Assembly: GCA_000999715.1 (NCBI GenBank) | Contig: LCGL01000003.1 | Coordinates: 26,942 to 90,941, forward strand | Length of the DNA stretch: 64,000 bases | Direction: 5' to 3' | DNA from: Candidatus Falkowbacteria bacterium GW2011_GWF2_43_32 | Lineage (GTDB): Bacteria > Patescibacteriota > Patescibacteriia > Patescibacteriales > UBA12465 | Shown: one piece after another, positions 60,680-64,000 of the stretch | How positions within the stretch are numbered: the stretch's first letter is position 1 | How the letters are laid out: each line of letters starts with the position of its first letter | Notes under the pieces: model-generated | The model's database searches: none | The model's input: only the letters and a program-made list of their open reading frames with translations | What the model was told of the DNA's origin: nothing | Position numbers and translations under genes: made by a program

Positions 60680-61789
60680 TCATTTTTTTCGCCAAGTGAT
60701 TTTAACGATTTCCCCTCTGGCGGCCGTGCGCATCGGCGGTCCCCAGGTACCGACGCCACCGTTGACGATCAAGGAAAAATCACCGGCCCGGAACAGACCA
60801 TAACCATAGCCCCGATGCGCCCATTTGGCAAGCAGGTTGAAAGGAAACAACTGACCGTCGTGAGTATGGCCGGAAAGCTGTAGATCTATGTCGGCTTTCC
60901 GGGCTAAAGCGATATTTTTCGGCGCATGGAATAAAAGGACGCTCGGTTTTTTCCGATCGTAACCGACTTGACGTAAAATCGTGTCCTCCAAATCAAAATC
61001 GCGATTAAAAGAATAATTGATGCCAATAATCTGCAAACCGTCTACGATCGTCAACTTATTGTCCAAAATTTTAATCGGTCCGTCTTTTAACAAAGCGGAC
61101 ACATAATCAAGGCCCAAATACAAATCATGATTGCCGAAGCTGTAATAAATGCCACGCGGCGCATGCAGATTTTGCAAAGGATGATGGAGCCAGCGAAAAT
61201 CGGCTTCCATGCCGTCAAACAAATCACCGGTAATGAAGATCGCTTCCGGGTTCAAATTATTGAGACGTTTAACCAAACGCGACAAGAAATGCTGACGATA
61301 AATCGGACCGAGATGAACATCGGAAATCTGCGCAACCGATTTCCCTTCCCAGGCGGCCGGCAAATCTTTAATCCGCACTTCATATTCCTGCACCCGCGGC
61401 GACCAAGCGCGCCAGACGCCGACCAGCGACAAGACGACGCCACCGCTCAAAAAAATAATTTTCAAATATAAAGACGGAAAAACAAAACCGTAAAAACTGC
61501 CGATTAAACGAACGCAGACAATCAGACCGGCCATCACGCCGAAATTAACCAATAAACCCACCCAGGAAAGCGCCAAAATATAATACCAGCGAGTGAATAA
61601 ATTATCGCGTTGATGTATCAAATAAGAAGACAAGACCACGCTCGCGAATAAAAAAATCGTAACACCGGCCGCGATTATCCGACCCGACGCGACGTTGAGA
61701 TAAAAAAAATTGACGATAATATACCAGAACAAAATGTGCCCGGCCAAAAGCACCAAGCCGGACAGGGCAAAGAAAAATAATTGCATCAT
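60680..61789 (-). CDS. Membrane-anchored calcineurin-like metallophosphoesterase
   Basis: 369 aa; four N-terminal TMs; ISDVHLG, GDLFDG, GNHD, GHTHDG motifs. Confidence 0.85.
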   Translation of the reverse strand: MMQLFFFALSGLVLLAGHILFWYIIVNFFYLNVASGRIIAAGVTIFLFASVVLSSYLIHQRDNLFTRWYYILALSWVGLLVNFGVMAGLIVCVRLIGSFYGFVFPSLYLKIIFLSGGVVLSLVGVWRAWSPRVQEYEVRIKDLPAAWEGKSVAQISDVHLGPIYRQHFLSRLVKRLNNLNPEAIFITGDLFDGMEADFRWLHHPLQNLHAPRGIYYSFGNHDLYLGLDYVSALLKDGPIKILDNKLTIVDGLQIIGINYSFNRDFDLEDTILRQVGYDRKKPSVLLFHAPKNIALARKADIDLQLSGHTHDGQLFPFNLLAKWAHRGYGYGLFRAGDFSLIVNGGVGTWGPPMRTAARGEIVKITWRKK

Positions 61790-61829
61790 ATATAAATTCC
61801 TTTAAATTTTTAACACTTATCACCATTCA

Positions 61830-62945
61830 TCACCGCGACCGATATATTTCCTTGAGCCAAATCTGATAAAATTCCAAATTGTTCAAACTGGCCAGTCTTT
61901 GTCCCAAGGGATCGTTCAGACGAAAAAGATGATGCAGATAAGCACGCGAAGTTTTTTTCAATTCCGGCAAACTACTGGCGGCGTTAATCGGCCGCCAATC
62001 GGCGGCAAAACGCGCATTATTGATATTGAGACTGTCATACTTCAAGCCCGCCGCGTTTTTTCCGGACGATAACAAAAACAATTTCCCGTGTCGCCCTTCC
62101 CGCGTCGGAATGACGCAATCAAACATATCCCAGCCCATACTCGCACAACGCATAATATCCCGAGGCGTGCCGATGCCAAGCGCAAATCGCCAAGCGTCCG
62201 GCGGAATAAATTCCGCCGTTCGGCGCAAAACTTGATCCAAAAACTTTCCCGCCTTATCGACCGGGCGCGCTCCGAAACCGTAACCGTCAAAACCGATTTT
62301 AACCAGTTCTCGGGTGCAATATTCCCGCAAATCTATTTCCGCTCCGCCCTGGATAACCGCGAAAAGGAGCGGACGTTTTCGGCCGCTTAATTTCCGTTTC
62401 TTTATTTGTTTCAAATATTCGATTTTACATCTTTTCGCCCAGGCGATCGTCCGCGCTACCGCTTTTTCCAAATCGCCGCGGGAAAACTCGTTCGGCGGAC
62501 AATCGTCCAAACAAACCATCATATCCGTTCCCAAAACAAACTGAATTTGAATGGATTTTTCCGGCGTCAATTCTTGCCGGGAACCGTCTAAAGGCGAACG
62601 AAAAATAACTTTGTCGTCAGTAATCTTGCCCGCTCGCGGATTGCGATGAATCAGGGAAAAAACCTGATAACCGCCGGAGTCCGACAAAAGCGGCCCGGAC
62701 CAATCCATAAATTTATGAAGGCCGCCGGCTTTTTTGATCAAATCCAAACCCGGCTGTAAATATAGATGAAAAGTATTGACCACCAAGGCCGCCGTCCCGG
62801 TCCGACGCACCGCTTCATTGTCCGTCAATTTTACAAACCCGCGCGTCGCGTCCGGCATGAAAAATGGCGTCAGTAAAGAACCGTGCGCCGTCCGCAAAAG
62901 ACCGCGACGCGATTTTGATTTATTTGTCCGAGATATTTTTGGCAT
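61830..62945 (-). CDS. tgt: tRNA-guanine transglycosylase (queuine tRNA-ribosyltransferase) homologue lacking the zinc-site ligands
   Basis: 371 aa; TPFFMPDATRG, LLSDSGGYQVFSL, AVIQGG, GWDMFDCVIPTR, SRAYLHHL; CxCxxC..H positions read S, L, L, N. Confidence 0.85.
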   Translation of the reverse strand: MPKISRTNKSKSRRGLLRTAHGSLLTPFFMPDATRGFVKLTDNEAVRRTGTAALVVNTFHLYLQPGLDLIKKAGGLHKFMDWSGPLLSDSGGYQVFSLIHRNPRAGKITDDKVIFRSPLDGSRQELTPEKSIQIQFVLGTDMMVCLDDCPPNEFSRGDLEKAVARTIAWAKRCKIEYLKQIKKRKLSGRKRPLLFAVIQGGAEIDLREYCTRELVKIGFDGYGFGARPVDKAGKFLDQVLRRTAEFIPPDAWRFALGIGTPRDIMRCASMGWDMFDCVIPTREGRHGKLFLLSSGKNAAGLKYDSLNINNARFAADWRPINAASSLPELKKTSRAYLHHLFRLNDPLGQRLASLNNLEFYQIWLKEIYRSR

Positions 62946-62966
62946 AAACTAGCTGTCTTCGGCAAC

Positions 62967-64000
62967 TTATTGCACCCGACCGGAATTATTCAAACCGGCA
63001 ATTTCGTCATCTTCCAATTTAGTCGTTTTCGGAGCGGTTTTCAACGTGATGACATCTTTGGTTTCCGTATCCGTCGCGCTCACCGTCGAGCCGGGCGATA
63101 ACACCAGAATTTTATCCCGATCCGCCTCGGTCGGCGCAATGCTGATATTAAATTCGGCGTCGGCGCGATACACCGAAACCGGCAACCTCCCTATTTCCCA
63201 AATTACCTGACGGCCGGCGGCGTCATAATACAAACTGCCGACATTGGTATTGTTTTTTTCATCCCAGGAAACATAGCTCGGCAAATTGAAAACGACGCGC
63301 GTATCGGCCAATTCATGCAAATTGTTTTCCACCACCCAATAAACGCGAACGCTGGTTTTTTCTCCGACACGAGGCGGCAACGAACCCGATCCGACCGGCA
63401 AATTGTCATCGTTGAAATAAAGAATGCGCTCGCTTAATTTCAAATCGCTGTTAATGCGGCTGATAATCGTATTGCTTTTATTGTCCTGTCCTTTGATGGC
63501 TTGGTTATTCATGCTGTACTGACCGTAAGAAATCACCTCCAGCTTTTTACCGAAATCGCTGTCCCGGAAAGGCTGTAAATCAAGCCGGAAGTTAATCGCC
63601 CCCTCTTGCCCCGGTTTTATCTCCGCCAATTCCGGAATTTCATTTTTTGTCCAAAGAATCGATTTATTCTGCACTTGTCCCTGCCCTTCATCCTGCAAAG
63701 AACTCCAATTTAAAAATTCACCGCTCAGCGCCGCCATGATCACCACGTCTTTATACGCGCTATCGCCGCGATTGGAATAAGTCAAAGAATAATTTAAGGG
63801 CTGGCCGAAAGTGACGGCGCCGTCGTTTTTAGAACCGTTCAAAAACAAAGTGAGATTCAAATCGCTGGCCACCAATTCCGGAGAAATGGTTTTTTCCCAA
63901 AATACATAGGCTTGACCGTCGTCCAATTTCTTTTCCAACCGCACTTTCACCGCCAAATTATCCGATTTTTGCTTGATACGATAAACGAGCGGCACTTGCT
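62967..64000 (-). CDS. Surface protein with Ig/DUF11-like region, paralogue of 23451-24500; 5' end probably outside window
   Basis: ORF open towards window edge; shares AAGRQVIWEIGRLP motif region with 23451-24500 product. Confidence 0.6.
   Translation of the reverse strand, partial: QVPLVYRIKQKSDNLAVKVRLEKKLDDGQAYVFWEKTISPELVASDLNLTLFLNGSKNDGAVTFGQPLNYSLTYSNRGDSAYKDVVIMAALSGEFLNWSSLQDEGQGQVQNKSILWTKNEIPELAEIKPGQEGAINFRLDLQPFRDSDFGKKLEVISYGQYSMNNQAIKGQDNKSNTIISRINSDLKLSERILYFNDDNLPVGSGSLPPRVGEKTSVRVYWVVENNLHELADTRVVFNLPSYVSWDEKNNTNVGSLYYDAAGRQVIWEIGRLPVSVYRADAEFNISIAPTEADRDKILVLSPGSTVSATDTETKDVITLKTAPKTTKLEDDEIAGLNNSGRVQ

Overview
This is 64 kb of a compact bacterial chromosome that reads cleanly with the standard genetic code (long ORFs, no sign of stop-codon reassignment). 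I count about 60 protein genes. I could not recognise any rRNA, tRNA or CRISPR array by eye. The gene content suggests a Candidate Phyla Radiation / Patescibacteria (Parcubacteria-like) genome, but this is inference only. The clues are tightly packed minimal housekeeping operons, an RRM-type RNA-binding protein, FG-GAP and Ig-like surface proteins, a VirD4/TraD-like ATPase inside a housekeeping operon, a [FeFe]-hydrogenase, and a protein with a 61-aa GRILLQVQD..YY.GRP.DAF repeat.

Layout:
(i) 1-16.3 kb is an envelope-glycan neighbourhood (two GT4 genes, corA, a GT26-Nudix fusion). It is interrupted by a ~12 kb block (786-12549) of ten genes that all encode secreted, lipoprotein or membrane-anchored proteins, arranged in three repeated divergent modules with shared promoter architecture.
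(ii) 16.4-21.2 kb holds gltX, an M23 peptidase, a Xer-type tyrosine recombinase with a dif-like site about 80 bp upstream of it, and a methyltransferase.
(iii) 21.2-41.4 kb is a long minus-strand run: ftsQ, alr, surface proteins, serS, dnaX, a T4CP-like ATPase, an ORF-track-missed ferredoxin, pyrG, an S41 protease, tsaC, cvpA, metG, rsmI and a large membrane protein.
(iv) 41.6-44.1 kb holds secE-nusG-rplK-rplA followed by an RRM protein gene.
(v) 44.2-55.3 kb holds a NifU/NifS-like pair, a cyclophilin, cca, a [FeFe]-hydrogenase module, gap, a PSP1 protein, tsf and rpsB.
(vi) 55.5-64 kb holds a transglutaminase-like repeat protein, a histidine phosphatase, SOD, an orphan gene, rlmN, a metallophosphoesterase, tgt and a partial surface protein.

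Most notable observations:
- the all-secreted surface-protein island;
- the dif-like site next to xer, coinciding with a gene-orientation switch;
- a TagA/WecG-RppH domain fusion;
- a TGT homologue with all four zinc ligands substituted;
- a hydrogenase module that contains a membrane-protein gene split at a homopolymer;
- a 111-nt three-tier hairpin in front of gltX.

All calls come from reading the sequence and ORF translations. No database search or computation was run.
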